Shown: positions 12,536 through 25,957, numbered from the stretch's first letter. The stretch is DNA of 64,000 nt from Octopus sinensis (GCF_006345805.1 NC_043001.1:2356001-2420000); one strand, 5' to 3'. The notes: generated by a model not told the origin, from the letters alone. Translations and numbers: made by a program.

Positions 12536-14699
12536 TTGAGCATGAACTCCCAATAAAAATAGGGTAAGCTTCAACACTAGTCAGAAGCAAGACAGCTGCG
12601 ACATAAACCCATGTCTTCCTATTTGAACTTTTTGAAAATCGGTATAAACTGTGAAACCGGTTAAAGCTTTAAATAAATTAATAAAAAATATTTTAACTAT
12701 TCTGTGCATTTTAAACTTTTATTTTTCCTAAAGATGTTATGCCACTTCCTTGGCCAGCGATATGTGGCACCTGAAGGACGAAGGGTCTCTACATGTAATC
12801 GCATAGAAAATCCTAGGAAATCCTGGTCCCTAAATTGATGGAAGCAAACGCAGCAAGCTGTGCATAGATGAACAGGCGGGTATATTAAAGAATTCTTTCG
12901 ATCTGGGGAACATCTTAAATTCTAGGACAGAAGCTTTTGGGCTTTGCTTACACTTCAGGCAATGCCTACTGAAATCTTGGGACCCGAAAGCTGACTGGTT
13001 GGATTCCTGATAGTGGTCTAAAAGAGACAATCAGTTGCATTTGACCTTTCTCCTTTGTCTGTGTGTTCAACAACTAGCCACGAGGAAGAGAGGCTATAGA
13101 CCACCGGCCATTAGGGTCTAGCAAGACTTTGCAAAGCTAAGCGCTTTATGGACGTGAAAACCCAGGGTAACGCTATAAACCGGCCCTTACTATCTTTATC
13201 TAAATACTCTACTACTCTATAACTTAGAGTGTATTCCTCTTTTGGATTTATGGTTTACTGATGATATATATATATTATGTGGATAGGATTAAAATCCAAG
13301 CCGTGTCCTCTTGAAGCATATCTATTTATTCCAGTATTAGCATTGAGTATGTGGTCGTTATGTTTATGTGAGGTATGCATTAGAGCTGAAACTTCTGGAA
13401 ATATTGTTACATTTTGAGATGGCCACGTTTTTCTTTTCAAATAAACCCATGCACTATATATTAGTTCTTCACTCATTTACTATTAGTCTTATTTTATCTT
13501 ACATCCATTGTCTGAAAATCTTTCATCACACACCTGTGACCTCTTCAGCAACTCTTCCATCCCGCGTGTAATGCTTCTGTTTTATCTAAAGTGAAGAGTA
13601 AAGTTTTAATAATTCCATTTTGAATATATTTTTGTAAAAAATTATTTTTTATGCTCTGGTGCCTCATCAAAAGCACCAATACTGATGCCACTTATAAGTG
13701 CCTCCATTATAACACCTTGGTCCACTTCAGTAGTTGCAAAAAACAAACGAATACCAGTGGAAAGCTACAATTTACAATATGTGACATATAGAGATATTTA
13801 GGATGATACCTGTACAAGTTCCATTTTCTGCAATAACCGGAAGTGGGTCAGGGGAAATTTTTAATGTTCACTTCTCATAAGTAAAAGAAATTAGGCTACA
13901 AATTGCTTGTAAGCCAGAACTCCCAAATTTGTGTGGTATTGTGTTTGATTTTAAAATTTGATGCAAGCATCATTAGGCAATTCCATCTGTTTTTTTATAT
14001 ACAACCCTGATTGTATGTTATACACATTGTGCATAATATACATCATTCAGAGTAGCGTTAGAGAATACTGAAGTGGAATGTATTGTGATGATCCGCGTAA
14101 CGAAGGCTTGATATGGTATTTACATTTTTATAATTGTCTTCTGAGGTGCCTCAATTCCTGTAATATTTTGTTTGGTATTTTAATGAACAGAAGGAGGATA
14201 ATACTTAGATCTTTGAGCCAGTAAGTTCTAAGATTCAATCAACTTGTGCCATGAGCCATAGTAACTTTATTGTTGATGTATTGGAGCAGAGATTTTCGTG
14301 AACAATTGCTCTAACATTTCCATTATTGTTAGACTCTGTGAGCAGTTGTTTTCCTATTTAATCCTTCTTTTCAAAACTGATGAGGTCAAAGTCTTTCTTG
14401 TTTAGCAGTAAATTGTTGTGCTTCACCATCTGACTGGCAGCATCTCTGTTGAATTGACATTTTATCTGCTCGTTTGCTCCTTCAATAATCTATATGGAAC
14501 TGAAGTCATTCTCTGAACTTTTCCTTTTGCTGTTTCATGACATTCCTTCAGGGCTTAAGAATAGCCCTTAGGCATATTTCTGAATAGGACTTGTTGATTT
14601 TATTCATTTCTACTATAACATGTGATGCACGAAACTTTATTTCACGGATGACAAATTAGGGATATCTTCACTGATACCATTAAGGTCATCTTTAGTTAG

Positions 14700-15400
14700 G
14701 ATCACTAAATAATAATTAACTTAGCCTGTGCTTGTTTAATTAACATGACCTGGTAGCTTGTTCCATAATTTTACTAATTGTTTCATACAGCTGTACAGCT
14801 GTAGGCACTCACTTGACACTCTCATGTTTGTCTTACCAGAACACCAGAGATGTGATACCTGGGGATGAGAGGGGGTAGAGAAGGCTGCACCAGTACCCAG
14901 CTGTTGCTCAATTTCAGCTGAGTATCCTGGAGCTGCATGTATAGATGTGTCTTGTGCAAAACACATTTTGTTTGTGCAATTTTGTTTTGCCGCATGGATA
15001 GTGCAGTGCACTATTTTCTTTTAAAATTATTTTGAAATTACTCCATGTCTTTCTTGCATGCTGTGAAATTTTTTAGGGTCAACTGAATTCACAAAGTCAT
15101 CCACTTACAAAGAACATTTATTACACTGCACTTGCAATTGCAAACAGCTCTCCTTGCAGTCAAGTGGTGTTTATCAATGTGTTGAGCATGCGAATCATTG
15201 ATGGCAATTGCAGCCAGATATCAGTAGCAGCAGTGATGGTCAGCAGTTTAATGCAATCTCCATGGTGTGTACCATGGATAGTTTCAGTTAAAGTGAAGAG
15301 CATAGTTTTGTGTTCTACAGTAATACCTAGCAGTGAACCACGAAGGAGGAAGCCGTTGTCAGAGGATTTCACTTCATGAGGTCTATCAGTAGTGTACTAG
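14700..15400 (-). mobile_element. Possible decayed hAT transposase
   Basis: Weak matches: MQERHGVISK...IVHCTIH to the MxG...HCxxH region, and LTETIHGTHHGDCIKLL to LxxTTTGxDIF. Many stops. Confidence 0.3.
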
Positions 15401-16324
15401 TTTGCTTGCCAATTTTTTTCCAATAGCAGAACGCCAGATATAGCGAAGTCATGTGGGCAGACCACGTGACTCAGCAGTATTTTTTATTATTTTTTATTAG
15501 AATTATATTTCCAAAATCAGCTTGTGCCTCCTGGGATGCAATGTCTACCTCAAAGAACACTGAATAATTAGTTCTTTTCAACTATTGCATTGGGGTGTGA
15601 TTCCATGACATATTGGTAACTATGTCTGCAAAGCAACTATGAATTTAATTTCCAGAGTTTGTGTAAAAGACCAGACCATAAATGACAGCTCATGCATTTG
15701 TTTCTCAATCTGTTTGCTTTGAGCAGATCCATTTTGTCAAATAGATGCAGCGGAATAAGTGTGTCCGGTTTAACTTTAGAATGCTGGATTTTAAGTTTAC
15801 TACATGTTATGTGGTCTGAGTTAAGAGTTTCTTCAAATAAGATATTATGGAAGGTAAAGGAGGGTTACCGAACACAAGGTGAACTAGAATCAAGTACAGA
15901 TTATGACAGGTAATATATAAAAAAAAATATACATACATAAATGCATAAATATCAGCTAACTCACATATATGTAAAAAGCATAAATTTTCTGTAAAGAAAT
16001 CATTTCTGATCAATCTCTGAAATGAGATGAAAATACTCCATAATTATCCAAAATTCTGACTACCTATATTTTCTTATATATATATATTGATCGAAACCCA
16101 GTAACCAGTTGATTTAGCAAGTGGGTCCTCATCACAGTGAGTAGGGCTGTTGTGCAATAATGCCATAAAGAGGAAGGCCTCAAAATGATGTCCTTTCTCT
16201 CCTGATAACCATATAAGCTTAGCATCCAGTATGCAAGGCTTTCAACTAGTAACACTTGCATCTCAAAATTCTTTGCAAGTTTTTTATATATGTATGTATA
16301 TATATATATATATATCTTAAAAAG

Positions 16325-16535
16325 CAGCAACCGATCGTGGCCGCTGGCAGCCTCCCCTGGCACGTAAAAAAGCACCTACAACACTCACGGAGTGGTAATC
16401 ATTAGGAAGGGCATCCAGCTGCAGAAACACAGCCAGATCAGAGTGGAGCCTGGTGCAGCCTCCTGGCTTCCCAGACCCTAGTCGAACCGTCCAACTCATA
16501 TTAACATGGAAAACAGACGTTAAACAATGATGATG
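16325..16535 (+). mobile_element. SINE-like copy of the RTE 3' tail
   Basis: GGCACGTAAAAAGCACC...GGAAGGGCATCCAGCTG...CATGGAAAACAGACGTTAAAC plus (GAT)n; similar copies at 37040-37260 (-) and 61735-61885 (+). Confidence 0.75.
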
Positions 16536-16644
16536 ATATATATATATATTAAAAAAGGTTTGAGGATAAGAAAGATTAACTTTCTCACCAAGTTTCAACA
16601 TGCTTATGCCAGGCAGCAAATATATATATGTGTGTGTGTGTGTG

Positions 16645-16972
16645 TGTATAGAAAGAGAAAGAGAAGGGAAGGTAGTAAAAGCTATTTCCTTACAAGTTGA
16701 AAAAGAGATGCTCCAGTGAATATCCACAATAATAGCCTCGATACGAAATAGCTGTGAAGCGGGCGAGATGAATAAAGTTTTCTAATATTAAAGTAGGTTA
16801 ATAATGGAATATAGTTTCGAGTTAAACATTCAAATTAAATAAATTAATTAAAAAAATTGATTGAATTTAAATTTGCCGTGTATCAAGGCTATTATTGTGG
16901 ATGTTCATTGGTGCATCTATTTTTCAACATGTAAGGAAGTAACTTTCACTACCTTCCTCTCTCTGTCTCTTT
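16645..16972. mobile_element. Foldback/MITE-like element with about 100-bp imperfect inverted arms
   Basis: GATGCTCCAGTGAATATCCACAATAATAGCCTCGATAC at about 16707-16744 pairs with about 16879-16918, and pairing extends outward about 60 bp. Confidence 0.65.
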
Positions 16973-16989
16973 ATATATATATAATTATA

Positions 16990-17499
16990 TCTATATATAT
17001 AAAACTGTAGTTGTGTGAGTGTCTGTCCCCTTCGATTTTGATTCCTAACTACTCCCACATTTTGCGGTGCAGTTTAACCAAATTCGGGTATCTTATAGTC
17101 GTGATTCATATCGAGCCTGTCTGAGTATTAGTGCACGTCTACGATGAGTCTACGATTTTAAAAATAATTTAACATCATTTTTTATCCATTTTAATGCATA
17201 ATTTTTCGTGTGTCGATGGCGGCGGAGTTGCCGTCCATGGTCACACCTGCACCTGTTTGCTTCTCCCCCTTCTTCTCTCTCGTGAAGCTGTGGGGAAGGG
17301 AGTGTAAGGAAATCAACGTCGTAAGCGTTGTCAAGGAGACCAGCGTTCTTTTAGAACAACGACTTCATGGCTTGAAAGACACCAAAGCAGAAATGGCTAA
17401 GAAAGCCCGAATTGGCATCTATAAGGGAAGTAACTCTCTAAAAATGCTTAGATAGTTTTTACCCTTACAAACCCGAGCAACGCCGGGCGATACTGCTAG
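16990..17499 (+). mobile_element. Non-autonomous Helitron (5'-TC ... hairpin ... CTAG-3')
   Basis: A|TCTATATATATAAA start and CCCG-AGCAACGC-CGGG hairpin near CTAG|T end; inserted at an A|T site. Confidence 0.88.
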
Positions 17500-17860
17500 T
17501 ATATCATATATTATGTCATTTAAACAGAGAGAGGAAGAGAGAAACAGAGAAAGAGGTAGGTATTCCTGTAAATTTTATGTTAAATAGCTCAACATAACTA
17601 AGGTGAAGGTTATTTTGCTCTGGTTTACTTATTTGATGTACACATACATTGCACGAACGTAAGTGAATTCAATAATGCGTGTGTGTATATACGTGTATAT
17701 ATATATATATACATATGTATATATATATATATATTAAAGTATATATGTATATGTATACACCCCCCACACACACTCATGTATATTTGTATGCATACATATA
17801 TATGGATATATGTTTATATATGTATATTGGTAAATGTGCTTATGTGTGTATGTATGTATG

Positions 17861-17893
<33 letters not shown>

Positions 17894-18469
17894 CATACAC
17901 ATGAAATAGAAAATTACTATTTGTAAATCTCTCAACGAGATGTATATATATCTATATCTATGTATGTATATATGAATGTGCATATGTATGTATACTCAAC
18001 TCATCCAAAAAAAAAATAAAAACCAAACACTACAGATGGAAACCTTTTTGCCAAAAGTGATAGACTGCACTGTTTACTATCGGCCATCTTTCTATACAGA
18101 ATCACACAAAACGTGACATTGTGAAAGGAGGACGCAAAAGAAGAAATGGTTTTCTCTAAACGCTTCCTTTATTCTGCTTACCAGTTTTTCTTATATCTGT
18201 TTTTTACCATTTCCCTCTGTTTTTTCTTCATCTATGTAATTATTTATGTGTTGTTGTTTTGTATTTTTTAGGGGTGAGGAGGCTGATCCTCCCCTCGCCT
18301 TCTCCTTCCCAACTTCATTTTATTTTGTTTTTGTGAGAAGTGCAATTAATGACCTTATCGCTGGCATTACATCAGCAAGTCTACTTAGGTTTCCAAAGGT
18401 TATACACACTTACAGACACACTGCATTCAAACACACACACACACTCACACGCACACTCACACACACACA

Positions 18470-18588
18470 CACACACATGCACACATGCACATGCGCACAT
18501 CACACGCTTTTATGCAGCCAGGCACATATGAACACAGACTCACAGACTTTTACATACGCACATTGGTCTTTATACATGCAAAGATATA

Positions 18589-18629
<41 letters not shown>

Positions 18630-18966
18630 CAGATATCTGAAAACCCCAAAATTTATTTTTAAAATTTTCCTAGTTATATTCTTCCATTCATATATACATG
18701 TGCATGCACACACATACACACACACACACACATACATGCATACACATGCATATATATATAAATATATATACATATGTATATATAAATATATACATATATA
18801 TATACACACACACACACCACACACACACACACACACACTCACACACACACACACACACACATGCACACATGCACATGCGCACATCACACATGCAGCCAGG
18901 CACATATGAACACAGACTCACAGACTTTTACATACGCACATTGGTCTTTTTACATGCAAAGATATA

Positions 18967-18998
<32 letters not shown>

Positions 18999-19165
18999 GT
19001 TCAGATATCTGAAAACCCCAAAATTTATTTTTAAAATTTTCCTAGTTATATTCTTCCATTCATATATACATGTGCATGCACACACATACACACACACACA
19101 CACATACATGCATACACATGCATATATATATAAATATATATACATATGTATATATAAATATATAC

Positions 19166-19210
<45 letters not shown>
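18470..19210. repeat. Tandem duplication, period about 378 bp, with embedded microsatellites
   Basis: Unique block GCAGCCAGGCACATATG...CAGATATCTGAAAACCCC occurs twice, nearly identical (ORFs at 18589 and 18967). Confidence 0.9.
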
Positions 19211-19249
<39 letters not shown>

Positions 19250-20335
19250 CATACACATGTATTTATATATATGTATACATATATATATATATGTATTTAT
19301 GTATGTATATATTTGTAAATAGTTTAACTGAAAAAAAATACATTTTGCATTTATTTTTTCCAGATTTATCAAGACAAAAAGAAAATGAATCTATGATATG
19401 TAAAGTGAAGTTATCTTTGGAGTAAATAAGAACAGCCTCTTTTTTCCCCTTTTTCCCCCTCTTTTTACCTTCTCTGAACAGACCTAAATTCATCCTACTC
19501 TCAAGAATCTTTTTATAATTTCCATTTCTCTTCTTTAATTTTATATATTTATTTTATTTTATTTTTTTTTTTCCTGGTGCATGCGAAGATCATCTGACTT
19601 GAATTTCTCTTATCTACATCATATCTGGAGCTGCAACAAAGGTGGGTCGGATGAAGAAAATGCTGAATGATAAATTGTGATGACAACAATAACAACAGAA
19701 TCAATATCATTGAACGTAGCGAGTCATTTCCTCATGTGGGTGGATCATCTTTTTGTATGCTTAGTGAAGAAGAAAAACTGTTTTAGAGAAATATAAATTA
19801 AAATATCACTGCCCCACACACCACCACCACCACCACCACCGCCGCCGCCGCCGCCACACCAATCCTTTTAATTTATAAATTTATTTATTCTATCGCTATC
19901 TCTTTATCTATTTTTTCTTTGTAACTCCTGGTTTATTTGTTTGTATTTTTTTTAGGCATTTTTATTCTTTATTATTATTTAAAAAATAGAATGAAGGTAA
20001 AAAGATTATTATTTATTTTTACACTGCAGCATCTTAATCTTATTATAGAATTACACTCACTCACACACTCATGCACATCAAGGTGCATACTTTTATACAT
20101 GCACACATGCACACATGCACACATGCACACATGCAAAAATCTGCTTGTTCATTCATTTGTTTTACGTCTGAACAGTTGAAAACTTTTCCATTCTGACTTG
20201 GAAAACTGTTTGTAAAACAAATTAAAATACCTTACTTATCAAAATAAGAGGCTTACATTCCATTTGTCATCACCAACCAAGGGTAAATAGGCACTGGACA
20301 ACCCCTGGTACCATGGAGTGGCACTTGAGCAAGTG

Positions 20336-20481
20336 CATTATTTACATTATTTACATTTGACGGATATTTGACCTCATTTTGTTTGTTGTGAACACAACTG
20401 ATATACCCTTCAGCCTTCATCAGGTGTCTTGGGGGAATTTTCGAACTTGGGTTCTCATTCCTAAGGTATTTTTTCTATGTT

Positions 20482-20512
<31 letters not shown>

Positions 20513-20801
20513 TTATTATTATTATTATTATTATATTATTATTATTATTATTCAAGTTACTGCCTGGAATCGAACTCAGAATCTTGGGGCTAGTAACCCG
20601 CGCTCTTAACCACTACGCCATATGCCTGTGGGCAATTATGGAGTGAATGAGAACCCTGGTTTAAAATTTCCCCAAGACGCCTGATGAAGGCTGGAGGGTA
20701 TATCAGCCGAAATGTTGTGTAAACAACAAGCAAGATGAGGACAAATATCCTTCAAATGTAAATAATGTACATAATCCCTCATTTCTTAAATATAGAACTG
20801 T
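20336..20801. mobile_element. tRNA-headed, HHR-bearing palindromic PLE derivative (family H2) with 13-bp TSD
   Basis: Minus HHR arm (20336-20460), (TTC)n(TTA)n, minus tRNA-like head (about 20560-20628), then inverted plus HHR arm (20645-20801). ACTTGAGCAAGTG occurs at 20323-20335 and 20802-20814. Confidence 0.88.
20676..20721 (+). ncRNA. Minimal type I hammerhead motif (H2)
   Basis: GACGC-CTGATGA-A-GGCTG...CAGCC-GAAA-TGTT-GTGT. GAAATGTT looks like CpG decay of GAAACGTT. Confidence 0.7.
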
Positions 20802-20879
20802 ACTTGAGCAAGTGTCATATGCTAAAACTTTGAAAATACCAATGTGTGTGCGTGTGTGTGTGTGTGTGTGCATGTCTTT

Positions 20880-21085
20880 GTGACTGTGTTGTCCCCATTA
20901 CTGCATGACAAATAGTGTTGGTGTGTCTGCATCCCCATAACTTAGTGGTTTGGCAAAAGAGACCGATAGAGTAAGTAACAGACTTAACAAACAAATAAAA
21001 CATAAGTACTGGCATCAATTTGTTTGACTAAAAATTCTTCAAGGTGGTACCCCAGCATGGCCACAGTCTAATGATTAAAACAGGT
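20880..21085 (+). mobile_element. SINE family A, 3' half
   Basis: Matches 54230-54410. Confidence 0.7.
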
Positions 21086-21089
21086 AAAA

Positions 21090-21945
21090 AAATATGTATA
21101 CCTGTATGCGGTTGCCCTTCTTTATCCTTTCTTCAGTTATTTTGAACTGGTCTGCTCTCCATATTTCTCTTTTGACTTGAGGCATTTTCTTCTTAACCTG
21201 CCTTTTCAGTGCTTTGATTGCTGACTCATTGCCTCCTGACTCATTAACTTGGTCTGGCTCAGGGCCCATCTTAAATCACATTGATCTAAGATGACATCAG
21301 TGTTCCATGGTTTCTTTTTCCTTTTTCTTCTCGCCAGCACTTCTGGAGCCATTTCTCAAAGTGCTTCATTAAAGTTTTCCGTTTTGGAGCTTCTATAATC
21401 TTGTAGAAGGTTAAGAGCTACAAACCACCATCTTCTTTTGCCTCAAACTCAGATGTAACCTTAGGATCGTTCAGTTTGTCTACCTTAAGCCTAATATGTG
21501 TGGCCCTTTTTGTTGTGGGTCCTTTTCAGTTTGAGCCTCATTGTCATCATGATCACTGTTGGTGTCCACACCAGGGAGAGTCCTAGTCCTAGCCTTGTTG
21601 ATACTGGACTTGAACTGCTGAGGTGCGAAGAGGAAGCCAATTTGGTTGTGAGACTTGCTTCTGGGTGCATGCCATGTCGTTCTGTGTGAGGTCTTGTTGG
21701 GGAACAATGTGGTGGCTAGCATCACCTATGGTCATTGCTGTTTTTGGTTTCTCCAATCCCAAATCATCCCACTGGTCATATGTATCCAGCCCTTTTTTGG
21801 CATTCCAGTCTCCTAGGACTATGAGGACATCATAAGGAGCTGCCTGGGCGATTTTCTCCAAGTCATCATTGAATTCCTCATCAGGTTCAAGTGTTGGACC
21901 ATAGACTTGTATGATGATAATATTCTGTGGACTTGCAACCACACA
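21090..21945 (-). mobile_element. RTE LINE APE endonuclease and linker, inverted segment
   Basis: Peptides IIQVYGPT...DEEFNDDLEK...VLIVLGDWNAK, followed by the EN-RT linker. Confidence 0.8.
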
Positions 21946-21949
21946 AATG

Positions 21950-22960
21950 GTGATGAACCTGGTGGATGCTGGTGTACAGCAGATGACTGAACTTACTCTC
22001 CTGAATAACAACATTGAAGAACTCTTCAGGATAACAGTAAGAATTCAACAAGGATGTCTCCTCTCTCCAGTGCTTTTCAACATCTTCCTGGAGAATATCG
22101 TGCAGGAGACACTTCAAGACCTTTACTTCTCTGTTTCCATGAGAGAATGGTCTATTTCCAACATGCACTCTGCTGATGATATTGACCTGTTAGGAAGCAT
22201 TGAAGCAGAACTACAGGAGCTCACCACTAGATTGGAAAAAGTACCGGGAGTCTACGGGATGGAGATCAACAGAACAAGATCCTGGTTACTAGTAACAAAC
22301 AAAACAAAGCAACCAGCATCATGTTAAATGGAGAGAGAGATTTGATGAAGTGGAGACCCTCAAGTACCTAGGATCCACTTTAACCAAGAACAACAGATAT
22401 CAAAAGGAGATAACAACAAGACTCGGCCTATCGTCTGCTGCTGTGCTGAAGTTGAACAACATAGCAAAACAATTCCATTAGTTTTCCAGCAAGACCCTGG
22501 TGACTTCAATCCTTCTGTATGAGTCTGAGAGCTGGAGTCTTACCGCTGACATGGAATGAAGAATCCAGGCATTTGGGTGCAAATGCTTCTGAAGGCTGTT
22601 TCACATCCAGTACACAGCACAAAACAATCATATTCGTCAAGCATAAAGTCAATAAATACTCTGGCAGACAGGAACGACTCCATGCGCAGGCGCAGAAGAT
22701 GAAAGCTTTCCTGGTAGAGTCATGTATCCTGCCACAACTCGAAACCATTCTTCAAGGCATGTTGAGGGTGGGGCAAAAGATAGGCAGACAAAGGATTCCT
22801 TAGTTTGACATCGTCATGGACTGAACAGGTCACAACGCAGTGAACCTGTTAAACAAGACAGAGAACAGAGACAAAGGGTGATGACTGACTATGAATGCAT
22901 TGAGGCTGGCACTTCAAAGACTGGCTGCATCAGTCAAAGGATCTGGATGATGATAACCAT
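21950..22960 (+). mobile_element. RTE LINE RT 3' portion
   Basis: QQGCLLSPVLFNIFLENIVQE...SADDIDLLG...LQEL..RLEK...YGMEIN. Confidence 0.88.
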
Positions 22961-23266
22961 TATAAAAGACAGTATCAGATGTCAGGGGTCACTTAGCTTT
23001 ATGGTACACAGCACATAGCTGGAATTTTAGAGATACAGGGTTCGATTCTTGATAGCAGCCTGCTGGCCACTTTCTTCCTTCTTCTCAGGATATTTACCAA
23101 TTCTTCTTAACTGATTTTACTTTCATTTTGAATTCGATGATTACTTTTATTTCTGTAAAATACCAAATTGGCACTTCAACATCTGTTTATGAAAATATGT
23201 TCAAACTGTCATAAGAAGTGTTTTGTGTGTGGCTGTTAATTAATATTATAATCACTGAATCCAATT

Positions 23267-23770
23267 TTTGGCAACATCACATGTTAGTTTTGGAGAATAG
23301 AGTATCAACAAAGAGGGGCTCCTTATGTTCATATGAGAATTTGGGTGCACAAAGGTTCTCAAGAAAAAATTCCAAAAATTATAGAACAATATATTACTTG
23401 CAGATTGCCAAATTCAATATCTAGCTTTACTCTTTAGAATTTGGTCACTTGTTTTCAAATGCATTCATGCAGAAAAACATGTTGAAGAATTTGTGGAAAA
23501 GGGGAAAAAATGTAAATTTGGCTTTCCTAAGGCTGAAAGAAGAGTTTAATTTCTTCATTGTTGCTGAAAATGTCAAATGAAAAAGAAAGAGAAAAGGTGT
23601 TAAAAAAGTTTCATCAGCTTCAAAGAAAATCATCTGAAAAATTTATCAATGATTACCATCCTTTACTGCTTTTAATATGGCAAGCAAATGTTGACTCAGT
23701 ATATTGGAGAAAATGGTAGGATATTGATCAGGTGACTAGCTACAAAATAAAAGCCGAAGACAACGAAACT
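23267..23770 (+). mobile_element. Helitron Rep (HUH) domain relic, Helitron2/Helentron-like
   Basis: FGNITC*FWRIEYQQRGAPYVHMRIWV (HUH motif region), QMHSCRKTC...CKFGFPK, INDYHPLLLLIWQANVD/QYIGE; stops and frameshifts. Confidence 0.8.
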
Positions 23771-24324
23771 AAAGGTGTTTGGAAAAAGTTGGATCAGCAT
23801 AAATTTCTTAAATTCTTCATCAAATATGTGTGCACTTTTTAAATAATTTTTGCAATTTTTTTTTATGTTAGTAAATGTTTTTGATTTAAATATTTCTTTG
23901 TATTCAACTAAAAAATTTCTGCTTTATTTTTAGTTTAGCTAGAATAAAAAGTATAAGGTAAATACAATTAATTATAATTCTAGAAATTGCACAGAGAAAA
24001 CGGACTAGAATGAAAAACGTAGGTGCAGAGTATTAGAATATTTTTAAGTACTGAACTTGAAAAAATAGAGGACAAGCAGTAATTAAGCCCAGAAAAGTGG
24101 CGGACAAGAAGAAAACATTGCTGCTGAAGTTAGAATTTAAAAACTAAAATAGTAATAGATGCTTTTTTATAGATTGTATTTTTATACAAAAGCTTAAATT
24201 AAAATGCTCAAAAAGCTATTTATTTTGCCGGCAAGTTTACACTTTAAATATCTAACATCTGTATTAACCCTCCCCTCCACCATCTTTCTGTATGTATATC
24301 TATCTATCAATCGATCTATCTGTT

Positions 24325-24358
<34 letters not shown>

Positions 24359-24969
24359 TCTATAAAGATGGGCGAAAGTAGCAAGGATGGCACATAGAAT
24401 GCCGAAGCCACCTTGAGCATAATCCTATGAACCTGGAAAAATTTAAAACAGAGTTACTTGCAAATAAATGTGTTAACATGTGACATTAATGACCGAAGTT
24501 ACCGTGGTCTTTTCTGTAGGCTTTTCTATTCCATGAATAAACCTTTACACTTTACATCTCTCTTTACACTTTACATCATGACATTTCTGTGATACACGAT
24601 ACCTATTGATCGTTTTCTTTTTCTTTTCTTTTTTCTTTTTTTTCTTTTTTATTCCTTTTTACAATCCCTTTTGATCGAAAACCTACCCCATTTTTTTTTT
24701 CTCTCCAAAAAGAAAAGCGCCACTTAGTAATTTGTCCCATCTGTGTCCAGCCCTGTGCAGCTAATAAAGAAAGATATTTACCTACCTATCTATTTATTTA
24801 TCTATCTACCTACCTACCCACCCATCTATCTATCTGTCTGTCTGTCTATATATCTATCTATCTATCTATCTACCTCTCCACCTATCGATCTATCATCCTG
24901 CCTGCCTGTCTGTCTATCTGTCTTTGCGTGTGTGTGTGTCTGTGTGAAAGATCAAGAAATGTTATACCT

Positions 24970-25915
24970 CAATTGATTAGGAATATAATTAAGCTAGATG
25001 AGATGCTCTTTGAAATTATGCCAGGAAGGAGTTCTACACATGCCACCTTCCTAGTGAGGCAGCTGTGGAAGAACTATCTGGCCAAAAGTAAGCCATTGCA
25101 CTTGACTTTCGTCGTGCTGGAAAAAAGTATGACAGAATCCCTGGTGGTCTCTAAGGGAATTAAAAAATGAGTGACTCATTAGAGCTGTATAGTTTATGTA
25201 TAGGATTGCTGTCAACAGGTTGAGAGTTGGCCATGAGTACAGTGAATTAAAGTTCAGTGAACAAGAGGGAGTTTACCAAAGTGAGGTTCTCAGTTTCCTT
25301 TTACTCGTCATAATCCTCCAGGCCATAACTGAAGAATTCAAAACAAATATATTGTGATAATTTCATAAAAAATGAGAACTTTCGATGCAGAATCTGTGGC
25401 AGAATCAGAAACCAAAATTTCAGGTACAGAAGTAAAACCTAGAATCAAAGGTGGATAAGACTCTCTTTCCACCAGGTAAATGGCCCTGCATAGTAAGAAG
25501 GAGAGGTATTGGAAGGAATTCCATTTGTTGCCCCTAGTGAAAGCTATGGACACATGAGAAAAATCATGGGTCATCTTACGTGTGGCAGTTGCACAGGATT
25601 AATAAATATTAAGGACACATAAGAATTGGATTTTCTCAAATGTCCAAGAGGATAACCTGAAGATTGTAGATGGTTTCTGTTACCTAGGGAACCAAATTAA
25701 CTGAGGAGGATGATGTTCTGAAAATATTGTTGTATGAAGAAGTATAGGATGGAGGAAGTTCTGTGAGCTATTATCTCTGTTGACAACAGAAGGACTCTCT
25801 CTCTTTTAGAGTGAAAGGTAGATTGTATGATGCTTGTGTACAAATGGCAATGCTCCATAGTAGTGAGATTCTGGTGTTGAGTGAAGACTGACATGGAATA
25901 AAGCTAGTATGCACC
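24970..25915 (+). mobile_element. Decayed RTE LINE RT with internal deletions
   Basis: MPGRSSTHATFLVRQLWKNYLAKSKPLHLTFVVLEK and LSFRVKGRLYDACV. Confidence 0.78.
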
Positions 25916-25957
25916 AATGGATGAGCAACTTCTTGGGTTATATATGATAAACTGCAA

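Noticed and set aside
12730-13260. Possible solo LTR
   Set aside because: No clear TG...CA ends, TSD or second copy.
13600-14700. Coding-like decayed sequence, possibly MULE or hAT
   Set aside because: Motif matches were too weak and conflicting to call.
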